64,000 nucleotides of DNA from Kondoa subrosea (taxonomy: Eukaryota), in assembly GCA_039545335.1 (NCBI GenBank), contig BCIN01000003.1:2427060-2491059 (forward strand). The letters are read 5' to 3'. Below the pieces are notes generated by a model. That model made no database searches, was not told the DNA's origin, and was given only the letters and a program-made list of their open reading frames with translations. Below, piece after piece: positions 1 through 14,979 of this stretch (the first letter of the stretch is position 1; each line of letters begins with the position of its first letter). The translations under genes were made by a program, and so were the position numbers.

Positions 1-1379
1 AATGAGAGTTGAAACCGGTGCGGAGGAAGATGGAAGAGACCTTGCGCGCGCTGCTACACCTATCAGTGAAAGGGATGCTGGAATGCAAACACCAGTATTG
101 GAAGAAGCAACTCTTGATTTCCCAGAAACGGCTGCGACCCAAGAAGATGAGGTGGAAAGCGCACTGCAAGGCGAAAATGGGGATCTGATGCAAGTAAAGG
201 CTTCTGATGAGGAGATACAGCACCAGACGGAACAGCTGCTAGCAGAGTATGGTATGTCATTTCGTTGTCCTCTTTGTTCCGCTCGTGCTGACATGTATTT
301 CAGAGAATGAAGAGGAAGATCCAGTCAAACGTGCAGAAGAGATGAACGAGCCTGACAGAGGTCTTAGCCAACAGGCTGCGCCGACTCAAACTCAAGCTAG
401 TGAAGATCTGTCAGCCAATTCAGCTGCAGAAAAGACTAGCATTGAAGAAGAAGAAGCTCCTGCATTGCCTGAAAAAGTCTCCATAACGAAAGCTGAAGAG
501 GTCAAGGTTGATTCCGCTGACGAACCCATTCTTTCTCCTTCTCCACAATCATCAAGTCGCCTTTCTTCTGCTTCTAATTCACCCGTCAAATCCAGACGCA
601 CTTCGCTGATACCGGATCCGCCTAAGACGCCTCGATTGGAGCACGAAGAATCAGATCTGGCCGATACCTCGCTAGACAAGAGTACTCCAGATGTCACGCC
701 TGTATTGAAGCAAAGCGATGTCTTTGGATCTACATCTGCTACACAAGTTGAGCATTCTGTGGCTGCACCAAGTCAAGATTGGGACGAAGAGGAAGACAAA
801 GAAGATAAGGAAGATATTGCCGATCTTCATCACTCAGTCCACTCGTCGCCTGTTGTCGAAACAATGCCTAGGAAATTATCAATCACCGACCAACCAAGCG
901 AAGAAATGGAGGATGACGAACCTCGCGTCAGGTGTTCAGCTTGTGGATCCAATGTTCCTCTCTTCGAATTGGGCGAACACGATTGCAGCACTTCTTCGCC
1001 TATTGTCTCTCCTCAGAAGCAAAAGAACCTATACATTCGTCCAACCCCGTCGGATCTTCCTTCTGAGGGCGGAGATGAAGCCAATTCAGCTTTCCTTGAG
1101 CCACAGAAGACTCCTCTTCCGCAAGATATCGAGAAACAAGAAGCGGAGACGAGCGACATTCAAGCCAATACTTCCCGTCTGTCCCTGACCAACAGCACTC
1201 CTGAAGGCCTCAGAAGAAGAACGTCAGCCAGATCAAGTGGATCGAATGAAGGCCAAGGAAGCAACAACTCCTCTATCTCTTTGCGCAAAAGCGAAGTGAT
1301 TCCCAAGACGCTGGCGGAAATGGACAAGGACTTTGACGGAGACGCTGGAGATACTGGATACGTGACTATGCTAAGATAG
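1..1379 (+). CDS. 5'-truncated acidic, Ser/Pro-rich low-complexity protein with a small C2HC zinc-finger-like motif
   Basis: ORFs 2..310 and 249..1379 join through an intron at about 252-303 (GTATGT...CTGAC...CAG). Motif CSACGSNVPLFELGEHDC. Stop TAG at 1377-1379. Confidence 0.6.
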
Positions 1380-1432
1380 CTCGCACTTCGTTCATTGTTT
1401 AGCATAATATTGCATCTCATCCGTTTACCATC

Positions 1433-4416
1433 ATGAGCTTTAAACTATCTCAAACGTTTCAAGGGCATTCACAAGATGTCAAGGCAGTGTGTGCAATGGG
1501 AGAGAAGCACCTGCTTTCCGCTTCACGCGATGCTACAGCTCGACAATGGGATTTGACAGACCCGAACCAAGTGACGGTGTATTCAGATTCGCATTCTGGC
1601 TTCGTTAATGCTGTGCACGCTTGCAACATCGATGGACAGCAATATGTACTGTCTGCAGGCGCTGACGCTATCATCTATGCTTGGCCAGCTGGTACCAATT
1701 CACCTTCGAACGCTTTGATAGGTCACAACAGCAACGTCTGCTGTCTTTCTAGCTACGGTGATCTCATTGTCAGTGGAAGCTGGGACAAAACAGTCAAGAT
1801 ATGGCGAAATTGGGAATGCATTGCGACGCTCGAAGGGCATGGACAAGCTGTCTGGGACGTTCTGGCACTAGAGAACGGTGTAATTACAGGTGACTGAGCC
1901 CTTCGAATGACTTCGTATACTTGAGCTGAATAGATCAGTTCAGCTTGCGCGGACAACCTGATTCGATATTATGCAAGTTACAGCTCGTCTTCTCAACCAA
2001 CTCTAGTCTTCAAAGGTCACAGCCAACCTGTGAGATCGCTTGCCAAAATCTCTGATGAGATCTTTGTCTCCGGCGCCAATGATGGGTCTGTCAATTCACT
2101 AGGCAGAAGTTGAAGCATGAGCTGAATGAATTAGAACAGTTCTATCCGTATGTGGAGTCTCTCTTCCCAACAGCAAGTCCGTCACTTGGATGGTCACGAA
2201 TCCTTCGTCTATACTGTCGATGTTTTGCCATCTGGAGAGATTGTTAGCGGAGGAGAAGATCGCAGTATGAGAGTCTGGGCAGCTGATAGCGGGCAACTTG
2301 TTCAGACTATCACTTTACCTGCGACATCAGGTGCGCCGCATCTTCTTCTAGCTTGCTTTCGTATTCTGATCTCTCTACTCATAGTCTGGTCTGTAGCAGC
2401 CTTACCTTCTGGCGATATTGCTGCAGGTACATCAGATGGCGTCGTCCGAGTGTTCTCGAGAGCTGCTGAGCGACAGGCCGACGCCAGTATCCAACAAGTA
2501 CGATGCCTGCTAGTCTTCAGTTCAGACCGCTTACAGCCTTTCAGGAATTTGAAGCAACTATTTCAGCTACTGCAATCAACATGTGAGCTGTATATCACTG
2601 GTGCACCCGACCAATCTGACTCTATGGTAGGCATCAAGTTGGAGATCTAAAAAAGACGGATCTGCCAGGTCCAGAAGCCCTATATGTACCAGGTACGCCT
2701 AGAAGCGTAGTTACAGCCACTGTGCTGACTATGGAATGCAGGAAAGAAGGAAGGCCAGACTATGATGGTCAAGAATCCGGACGGTTCAGTCGACGCACAC
2801 CAGGTAAGGAAACTCCTCGTTTGCTGTGGAGTCTACTCATACTATATAAAGTGGTCTGTATCTTCTGGTACCTGGACAAAGATTGGAACAGTCGTCGATG
2901 CAGTGTCCAACGGAAGGCGGCAGCTTTACAATGGAGAAGAGTATGATCACGTTTTTGATGTTGATGTTCACGAAGGTCAACCGGCACTGAAACTGCCCTA
3001 TAACATTACTCGTTCGTCGTCTGGCACGCACGTGAACGACACTGACTTGATCCTTTATATAGAAAATCCTTATGAAGCCGCACAAAAATTTCTGCTCGCC
3101 AATGAATTACCTCTCAGCTATCTAGATGAAGTAGTGAAGTTCATTGAGAAGAATACTGCAGGTGCTCAGCTTGGCTCTGGCAGCTATGCAGGAGATCCCT
3201 ATACTGGTGCGGGGGCTTACAGGCCAGCCAGTAACTCCGCAACAGCTCAGGCTGCTCCTTCACCATCTCCTGCTGCTGCGTCTTCCTCTACAGCAAGCTC
3301 GGCCGCTGTTCTTCCTTACGTAAGGCTGATACAATCTGTACTGTATGACGGCTGTCTAATAACATACTGCATAGCGAATGCCTCTCACTTTCGCTCAAGC
3401 CAACCTCAACGCAGCAAAAAGCAAGATCCTACAGGTCAATGCTGAATTAGCAGACGAGCTCGTTTGTCGATCTCTTTTACTTTCCTGCACACTCTGAAGC
3501 CCGTTGATAGTCCTCTACTGCCCTTGATAACACCCAGATTGGCTCTTTGGACGCTCTATTGAACCAGCTGACTCGTCTCGCTTCTTCACCGCCCGGCGCA
3601 ACTGGTGCCAAATTTCAGCAAAGCAGCTTACAGGTTGCGGAAGATCTCTTGGACTGGCCTTCCGCTCGGCGTTTCCCATGTGTGTCATACTCTGTTTTGC
3701 TTAAGCGACGTGAGCTCAACGAACTTCAACAGGTCTTGATCTGTTCCGACTGTTATGTCTGTATACCCCACCGTCCAGCTCTTCCCTCAAGACACTATTG
3801 TCATGCTTAATGACAGAAGAGATCAACGCTATGCTTTCATTGCGGGCTTTAGCGAACTCCTTCAACACTAGAAATGGATCTCTTCTGATGAAAGAGCACG
3901 CAAACTCTGTTCTAGCTGCCATCCAAAAGAATAGGAAATCTTTTAACAAGAATGGAAAGGTTGCCGCGATTACAGTACTTCTCAAGTGAGGTTGTCCTCA
4001 TATCAGAAATTCTGCCAGCTGATCCTTGCTCCTTAGCTATTCCGTATTAGCTGTTCAGCGAGACCTGGACAAAACCGTCGGACCAGCCATGACCGATTTG
4101 GCTGTAGAGGTAAATTGTCTTATGCGAATTTCAGGGATTGAGACTGAATTATATCGATTTAGTTCTTGCAAGAAACAGATCCTGAAGTGATTTATCGGTC
4201 CCTCGTAGTTGTTGGCAATCTGGTAGGTCTTTACATAAGGACCCTGTTTCAATATAGCTGACGCCCTCACAGCTGCATTCGCCTAATGTCCTTGGTGCCA
4301 TGACTACGACCTCAATTGAGAAAATGAGGAAAACAGCAAGCGAAGCCGCAAATCGTTCGTCTGAGCCTCGCGCTAAAGCAATTAGCGGAGAGATCACTCG
4401 CATTGTAGTCAAGTAG
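1433..4416 (+). CDS. DOA1: Doa1/Ufd3/PLAA ubiquitin homeostasis protein (WD40 + PFU + PUL domains), multi-exon
   Basis: WD40 repeats (GHSQDVKAV, SASRDATARQW, SGSWDKTVKIW, GHESFVY), PFU motif (YNGEEYDHVFDVDV...LKLPYN...NPYEAAQKFL...YLDEVVKFIEKNT) and PUL-like segment (WPSARRFP..LDLFRL). Ends ...ITRIVVK*. Confidence 0.93.
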
Positions 4417-4494
4417 CAGTCTAACAGCACTTGTAATAATACATTGCACTCTTTGCATTTCGCGATTCTCGTGTTTTGTTACAAACTCTCTATT

Positions 4495-7515
<3,021 letters not shown>

Positions 7516-7567
7516 GATAGATATCCGTATGCATGGGATTTTACAATGGTATCTTTCATGACCGAAA

Positions 7568-9294
7568 TCAGAATAACGCGGGACCCTTTCTGTTCAATGT
7601 AAAGTTCTCCTTTGGTGATACGCTACATCGGGATTAGACGCGCACGTTGCAGCTGACGGACATTTCGCTCACTGTGACATGATTGATTCTTCGTCTTCGC
7701 TGTCAACCGCTTGTTCCGAACCGTATCCAACTTTGAAGCTTCCTGCACTCTTTGGACGGCTGTTCTCGCTCATTGAAGTAAACCTCAATCCTCGATAGCG
7801 CTGACCGGGCGAAGAGTTTAAGGAGTTGTGAGAACCTGAACGAGAGAGACCTTGCTGTGGTCTTCCTTCAGACTCTCCATCTTCTTCAGGATCATCAGAT
7901 ATGATTGAGGATGCATGGGAAGGCTTCTGAATCCTGGCAGGGCGCCATTGTGATTTGGAAGCGGACGTTTCCAGAAGTCTCTCTTGCTCTGCCAAATTAT
8001 CCATCGTCGCCTTGCGCGGAGGCTCGGTCGCTAAAAGGGCGTATTCAACCAAATTTCAGCAAGATCGATATGTAGCTTACCCTCAGGGAACGCATTCGAT
8101 TCGGCAATGGTCGACATCGCAAAGCTCACACGGCTTGCACTGTGGGCAGAAGACCGACGAGAAAGGCGGATAGGGCTGAGAGTGGAAGGCGAGGCGGCGT
8201 ATACCTCTGCCTCTTCGTCACCGATCCCTGGCAGCGTGGCTGACAATTGAATTGGGCTCAGAATGCCAGAGGCTCGGAGACACTCTCTCCTTGCATTTTC
8301 GCCTTCAACTAGAGAGTTTGAGGCATTAGAACAGTCGTCGGGTGATCAGACTAGCGATCTATACCTAGAGAGTCGCCGTGCATTAACGGCTCAAAGGCGA
8401 AAGCGGGAGTTCGAGGCCCCATATCTTCCAAATCCAGTACGTCGTCGGAATCGATGCCCAAGCAATTACGCAACCGTTCCCAAAGCGACTCACTACGGCC
8501 TCTGACGATCTGTTTTAGCTAGAGTCGATAAGCGCGAAGATGAGCGACCCTCGCGGAAGATGACGCCTTGAACTCACTTCGGCAATCCATTGCTTGTCGT
8601 TCATTCCAATGTCTCTATCGATAGACTGCAGGCAATGAGCTCGCGTACAATATATAGAGTATCTCTTGACTGACAAGTACAGTCTGAATCTTCTTCCAGC
8701 TTGCCGGATCACTGGCCAACAGATTGTACAGGCCTTTGTTGCGCTGCAGTACTTCTTGTGCTTCAGCTGAACGATTCCGGAACGGAAGGTAGATCTCGTC
8801 ATCAAGGGGCTCCATAGAATCCAAATCGTCTGGTCGTTCTGGATCTGCTAATTCTTGATAAACTTGCTCAGGTGAGAAGAATTTGGATGGGGTTGCGGGC
8901 ATAAACCAATCTTCTGCAGTTGGTTTCTTGGACGCTTCGCCGAGATTGAAGCTTGAAACAAGCGGTGATGGTCCAGAAACAGAATACGGGGAAGCCAGAG
9001 CGAAAGTGCTGCGAGGGCTTGTTGAGGCTACCGGACTGTGGGTTCCATCGACAGACTTGCGCAAAGCAGGATTGGGAGCTTTGAGAACTGGGAACGAGGT
9101 GTCAGTAATGTGTATGTAGTGATCAAAAACGCGTACTGGAGAAGGTAGTGACGGTGCCCTACATGTCACGCATGAGCGGGGACAACATCTGATGTCGAGA
9201 AGGCAGCACTCACCGGCGAACAGCTGCTGCCTGATGCAGAGTGTCGCGTGAGTTCCGAGAGAGAGAGAGATAATCTGCGTCTGTTGTCTGCCAT
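7568..9294 (-). CDS. Hypothetical Ser-rich protein, multi-exon
   Basis: ATG at 9294 (MADNRRRLSLSLSELT), exons joined by consensus introns; segments YLPFRNRSAEAQEVL, LWERLRNCLG, LPGIGDEEAE. No family recognised. Last exon is uncertain. Confidence 0.55.
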
Positions 9295-9465
9295 ATACTT
9301 CAAGTACTTGTTTAACGTCGAACAGGTTCAACAGCGATTAGAATGCGACGAGATGAGCTGGAGCAAGGAAGGCAACTTCTTAGAGCATCTAACAACGGTC
9401 TTCGTCACATGAACGTATCGTCATTGCGGGTCAAAATACCACAGCTATGCAATTGCTATTCTCGC

Positions 9466-12005
9466 TCAACTAGACGCAGTCTCTGGCTCCGTTTTGGGCT
9501 TCTTCACCTCTCTCTCCGGGTTCATTGTCTCATCCCCTTCACTTGATCTTTCGCGTTTTGCTGGAACCGGCGTGGCACCTAGACGCTAACTATCAGTCAA
9601 ACCTCTGATTGGTCACTCGATGCACTGACTAGCATCTTTCGCGTCTGCTCTGGTTGCCTCTTCTTTTGCGGGACTTTCTACTTGTGAAGCCGCTATTCCT
9701 GTTGTAGCGGGTTTGGCATCTTCTGTCGGTATCTCTTCACTGAAGATAGCAGAAACAGGGGGCGTTGTTGAGCTAGTCGACTTGGCCAGATCCTTTTGCA
9801 CGGGTAAGAGTGCGTTTGCTTTTGCCTTGTCGATATCCAGCAATAGCTGCTGCATATTTCCTGCTTTATTCATCTCCTTGAAATGAGCAGCATCTTCAGG
9901 AGGTATTAGTCGGAGTATTCGCCATAAGAGCGAATTCTTCCGCTGTAGGAAATATTCGTCTCGAGTGTAGAAAGATTGGACATGTAGAACAACGTACATT
10001 TTCTGCAGCAGACCATTCCTTATCAGCTCGTAATATTGAGGCGCTTGGTTCCTTTTCGTCCACTGTCAGTTCAATTTTGCGGGCCTCCTGCAATGCCACC
10101 TCTTCCTCTAATTGCTCACGGAACTCTTCTATTCCATTTGGCAATTTGTAATCCTTGAGATCATCGACATTCAGAGGATCTTCACCGCCAGCCTTCCAGA
10201 CATTGCTTAAAGCAGGGTTACCCAAAGCCCAAGGTAATCTACTCGGTTTCGCGAGTAACATCTTCTTCAGTTTCTTCGCGTTGTCATTCGCTTCCGGTTG
10301 TTTCAGCGGTGGTAGAACAAAGTCTTTGCAACTCTCAATCTTCCATTGGATCTGTCGTTGTACGCATTCAGGTGTTGATCAGGCTTCAGCAGGTTTGGGA
10401 ACACACCCAACGATGCTCGCGATTGAGTATAAGAGAGACAGTTTGCGCGAACCTTTCCCCATCTGGAGATGTACCTCGTAGAATGAGGAATGCTCGAGTA
10501 TACAGCTCCGAAAGCCATTTCATCTGTCCCCGCTGATTAGTGATTTGCTCTGGGAAATTCGCCCGATAGAGAGCACTCACCTCACTCTCTTTGAGCTGGA
10601 CGTTTTTCTTGCTGTCTAACGTCTTATCGGGCTGCGTTGTTTGCTGACGTAAGAAAGCGAAAGTGACCAAAAGCTGGATTATGATTTGTCTTCGGAAGTT
10701 TGAATCCGCAACCTATTGATCAAGCTTGCATTAGATCATTATCTTAGCTTAAATGTTGAATTTGAACTGACTTCTAGATCGAAAAGAGAGCGCGAGGTCA
10801 AGAACTTAGGAAAGAAATAGTGCTCTTGAATCTCTTCTGCGTTTGCAGCAGCTCTTGATTTGCTTTGCGTCGAATAGCTGGATTTCCCAACACCAGCTAA
10901 TTCTTTTTCCTTCTGATTCGCAGCAGAAAACACGTCCAGTACCGAAGTTGCTGCATGACGCAAGAAGTCGAGCATAGGGTGGTCGGATGAATCTTTATTG
11001 TCTGAATGAGAGGTCTTGCTATCAGGTAGGGATGCTGATTTGGTTTTAGGGAGATATATATCAGGGAATGATTGCGTGTCGGTTGCCAATAGTAAGGGTG
11101 GATAAGAAAATATACGTTGGAGAGTCCAGAAAAGGGTGTAAAGATCCGCCCGCGTAGTAGGATCTTCATCAACTTCAGGCGATTTTTCTTTTGGTTCTGG
11201 CGTTTCTCCTTCTTCGGGCACATCTACTTCCATTGTTGGCTTATTGTCTTCTATTATCGGTCTAGTTCCGTAGTGTGGATCTTGTAAGAGCGTAACGTTC
11301 GTCTCGTTGTTGTAAGCACCTCGAAGATTGACAGCACTTTGATCCGTTAGGGGATAAATTGCGGAGAGAAATAAGCTGACGCGACCACAGAAGACAGTAT
11401 GCATAGACTTTGACAGTCGCTTGAGTAGATCGTTGCAAGTCCTGAGGATGCCCAATGCTCTTGGTTTCCGTGGAACCAGATCCTTATGGCATCAACATGA
11501 GAAGTAAGCCTAACCAGGAGAGAGCAGGGCTGACTCTGGTCAAACGATCCGTTCGACTTTCCATATACGAGAAGAGGATATCTGCTCCGTGTATAGTCTC
11601 CCTTTCCAACATAGCTTCCAGCAACAAACATGAAGTCAAATCACAGCCTGGCGTCTGTTCCTCGCAGCATAATACCATATCCAGCAGATCTTGAGTTAAA
11701 GTATAGTCCCGTTGCCCTCCTTCGACAGCGTTCAGTACGAGACTTTGCAGGACTCCATCCAAAGCAGCAATTCTCTGTTCTTTCGCTACTGTGCTTTCTT
11801 CCTCTGGCGCTGGAAAGTTCTGCAACACTTGCGATACAGCGACTTCGAGATCAGGCTTGCAGCTGCCGTGCTCTGATCGGTATGCTGCTATTTCATTTGC
11901 GAGTAAACCGAATTCGCTCGCAAGGGAATCATATAATGTGGGTATATCTGCAGTGGTATCTGTTTCGGCTTTCTTGGCGGCCTTCTTGCGACCCTTGGGT
12001 GGCAT
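9466..12005 (-). CDS. HPR1: THO complex subunit 1 (Hpr1/THOC1), multi-exon
   Basis: Motifs LRTCNDLLKRLSK, HTVFCGRVSLFLSAIYPLTDQSAVNLRG, FFPKFLTSRSLFDLE, PDGERFAQTVSLILNREHRW and LGNPALSNVW. Confidence 0.9.
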
Positions 12006-12059
12006 CTCGTCGACGTCTAGAAATGAACCTTTTTCTTTGATGAACTCTTCTCTTGATCC

Positions 12060-14683
12060 ATGTCAGCATGGGAAAGAGTGCGCGCTGGAGCTTCCAAAAC
12101 TTACTCGTATCGCCGTAGAATACTTCTTGGAGTGGGATCCACTGTCCTTCTGGCGCGATATGTGTCGACGAAGTTGCAAGGTTGGAATGGATTTGTATTC
12201 ATTGCAGAGTATGCTGCTCACCAAGGATACAGAGCGACAGCGGGACTTCGTTCATCCTGATACCATTCTTTACTGGCGAATCTATAATGGCAGTATAGTC
12301 GAGCAGAGGGGGACAGGCAGCAATCTCAACCTTTTGCTATCCGAGCGATCACCATATGCAGATGAACCTCCACGTATCCTCACCTTGTTTGAAGTGATAA
12401 GAACATTGAGATGGGCTGCCGGAGATCCTCGAATTGTATGTCGGATTCGACTCATGCATGATGTTACGTTGATCGGCCAACATTTAGACTGGTATTGTCG
12501 CGGATTTCTCGACAAACGGAGCACCATCTGTACCATCTCCATATCGTCTGGGTTTATCGCAGCTTGAAGAAATTCACGATCATATGCTTCAACTTAAAAG
12601 AGACAAAGAGCAAACCCTGGGAGAAGGAAAATTCAAGACAGTTGCTTTCTCAGATTCATTCGCTTCTCAATCCGATTACGTCTTTGCTACTGCTTTCGAA
12701 GACATATACATTCAAAAAACTGGGTCCATACCTCTGTGCGGCTTACAAGCTGCCATTCCTTTCTACTCCCGTCTATTGTCTTTCCTTGGCATTAAAGTTC
12801 TTGCGGAAGGTCGCACTAAATGGAAGAGCATGATCGCACCCTACTCCCTAGAAGAGCTCTCTGAACCTCAAAGACAGAATGAGGAAGAACTGCTTGACGA
12901 TCTGCATACCAATCTTTGTACATTGGTTGCTAGAAGTCGATTTCCGAGCGAAGATCCTGAACAAGCGTTGAAAAAGGTCAAAGACTTGTGCAATACGGGA
13001 CCGCATAGTGCTGAAGAAGCAATCAAAGCTGGAGTAAGTGGCCGGAGCCTACTTTTGGCTTTTAATGTGTGACTGACCCAAGCAGCTCATAAATGGAGCA
13101 ACATACAAGCGTTTTGCACTTCAGAAAGCTCTACATCCTGAGCCGCTTACAATAGAAGAAGAAGCCAATCCTTCAACAAACGAAACCGTGGAAGCAAAGT
13201 CGTCTGTGTTCTCTTTAGATCAGCTTGATGAAGCGGAAGTTATTCAGCAAGACAAACAGCGATTACATGGCTTCTACCATTATGCTCGAACAATGGAACG
13301 TATGATGGACAAGTCTGGAGCAGATACTATGGAGATAGGCGCCGTCTATCTCATGGGGACCATTGGCGAACGAGGAGCTGATTTCGGGCATGAGAGTGTA
13401 ATTCGTGGATTAAGGGAAGCGGCAAATGACGACAATATCAAAGCTGTTATCTTAAGAGTAGACTCCGGAGGAGGAGGAGTGATAGAGAGGTAGGTGCGAG
13501 AACAGAGACAGCAAAAAATGTCTGATTCCCCGCAGTGACTCGATCTGGGATGCTGTCAGAGAACTCAAAGAGAAAAATAAGACTATCATCGCCTCCTTTG
13601 CCAATGCGGCTGCCTCTGGTGGGTATCTCGCATCCTGTCATGCAGATGCCATTCTCGCACAACCCTCTTCGATAACTGGATCAATCGGAGTGGCTTCTTT
13701 ACGACCAACTGTGACCAAGACCTTCCTTGACCGGTTCAAGATCAACGTCCAGAGCTTCTTTACCGGTTCTAAATCTCAGTCTCTTCTACACGAGTTGGAA
13801 GGCGAGGACTTAGCAAAGCATCGGCGACATATAGATGAGATGTATGAAGATTTCAAAGATCGAGTTGTCGCTGGTCGAGAAATACCACCGGAAAAGATCG
13901 AAGATCTCGCTGGCGGACGGGTTCTGACCGGTAGTAGGGCTTTCGAGCTTTCAGCTACTCCAGAAATGCTGGCCCTCTATCGCCAAACAAGAGCTGGGCG
14001 AAAAATTGAGCAAAGTATGCTAGATTCCGCTTTCAAATCTTTAGACAGCATCAAGGAATCATCAAGCGAAGTGGAAGACACTATCAATCTGCTACCAGTT
14101 GAAGCAGAAATCACTTCTGCGACAGCTGCTCCAGAAGAGCCCTCTTCACTGGAGAAATCAACTTCGACCACCTTCTGTCCAAAGCTAGGGAAAATTGGTA
14201 GAGGCCTCATTGATGGTATAGGTAGGTATCAAGTATCGCTCTCTTTCATTGACTGACCCATCCTTGCTTACAGGTGGCATTTACGACGCTGCAGAATTCG
14301 CCTCAGAGCTGGCTATCGCCAAAGCACTCGAGAAGACTAAACTTGAGAACCCGGACATGACGGATGCTCAACTGATGTCGCGAGCTTTCCCTGAATACGA
14401 CCCTGAAATGGACGACAAAGGCAATGCGATATTAAAGTTCGACGTTCGCCTAAAGCGCTTTCCGAGCGAAAGAAGTATTCTACAAAGTCTTCTATCAACG
14501 GCCAGAAGAGGCGATGCGATAGATCCGGCAACCGTCAAGATCATCAACTCGCTAAGGTCGGCGACCGCAAGCTTCTTGATGTCATCGACCGCAAAACTAC
14601 TCCAACAGCTAGGATTCGATTCATCAAGTCTGTTAATCTCTACTCGGGCCCAGTATCACGGGTCAACAAATCCCCTACACTGA
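12060..14683 (+). CDS. Signal peptide peptidase SppA / protease IV (MEROPS S49), long two-domain type
   Basis: N-domain ATAFEDIYIQKTGSIPLCG...GRTKWKSM (Lys at 12824). C-domain KAVILRVDSGGG, FANAAASGGYLASCHADAILAQPSSITGSIGV (Ser at 13615), LAGGRVLTG and GLIDGIGG. Confidence 0.85.
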
Positions 14684-14979
14684 TCTGTGCTAGGGCTTGA
14701 TCTTGGCGAAATGCATTGATGACGATCGTCCACAAGGCATTCATTTTCCGATTTCGATTTTGACTGTTTTGAGATCTCGTCTGATGTTGAGTTTCGTTGT
14801 GCTTCCCTCTTACTCCCTCCATCTGCTGCGCGGTCACTATATTGCAAAGCATATTTTGATGCTTTGAAATGCACCTGCCTCGGATACCTCAAAACCCAAT
14901 CAATCCGCCGAAAATCTGAACAGGCTTCAACTAAGCGCAGGCTCGCTCTACTGCTGGTCAACTTTCTACTGGACCAATA

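Noticed and set aside
9257..9270. (GA)n microsatellite
   Set aside because: It is coding sequence (LSLSLS) of the minus-strand hypothetical gene.
11791..12567. 258-aa plus-strand ORF as a separate gene
   Set aside because: Its first part is antisense to THOC1 exon 1 and its second part is SppA exon 2 read through from upstream.
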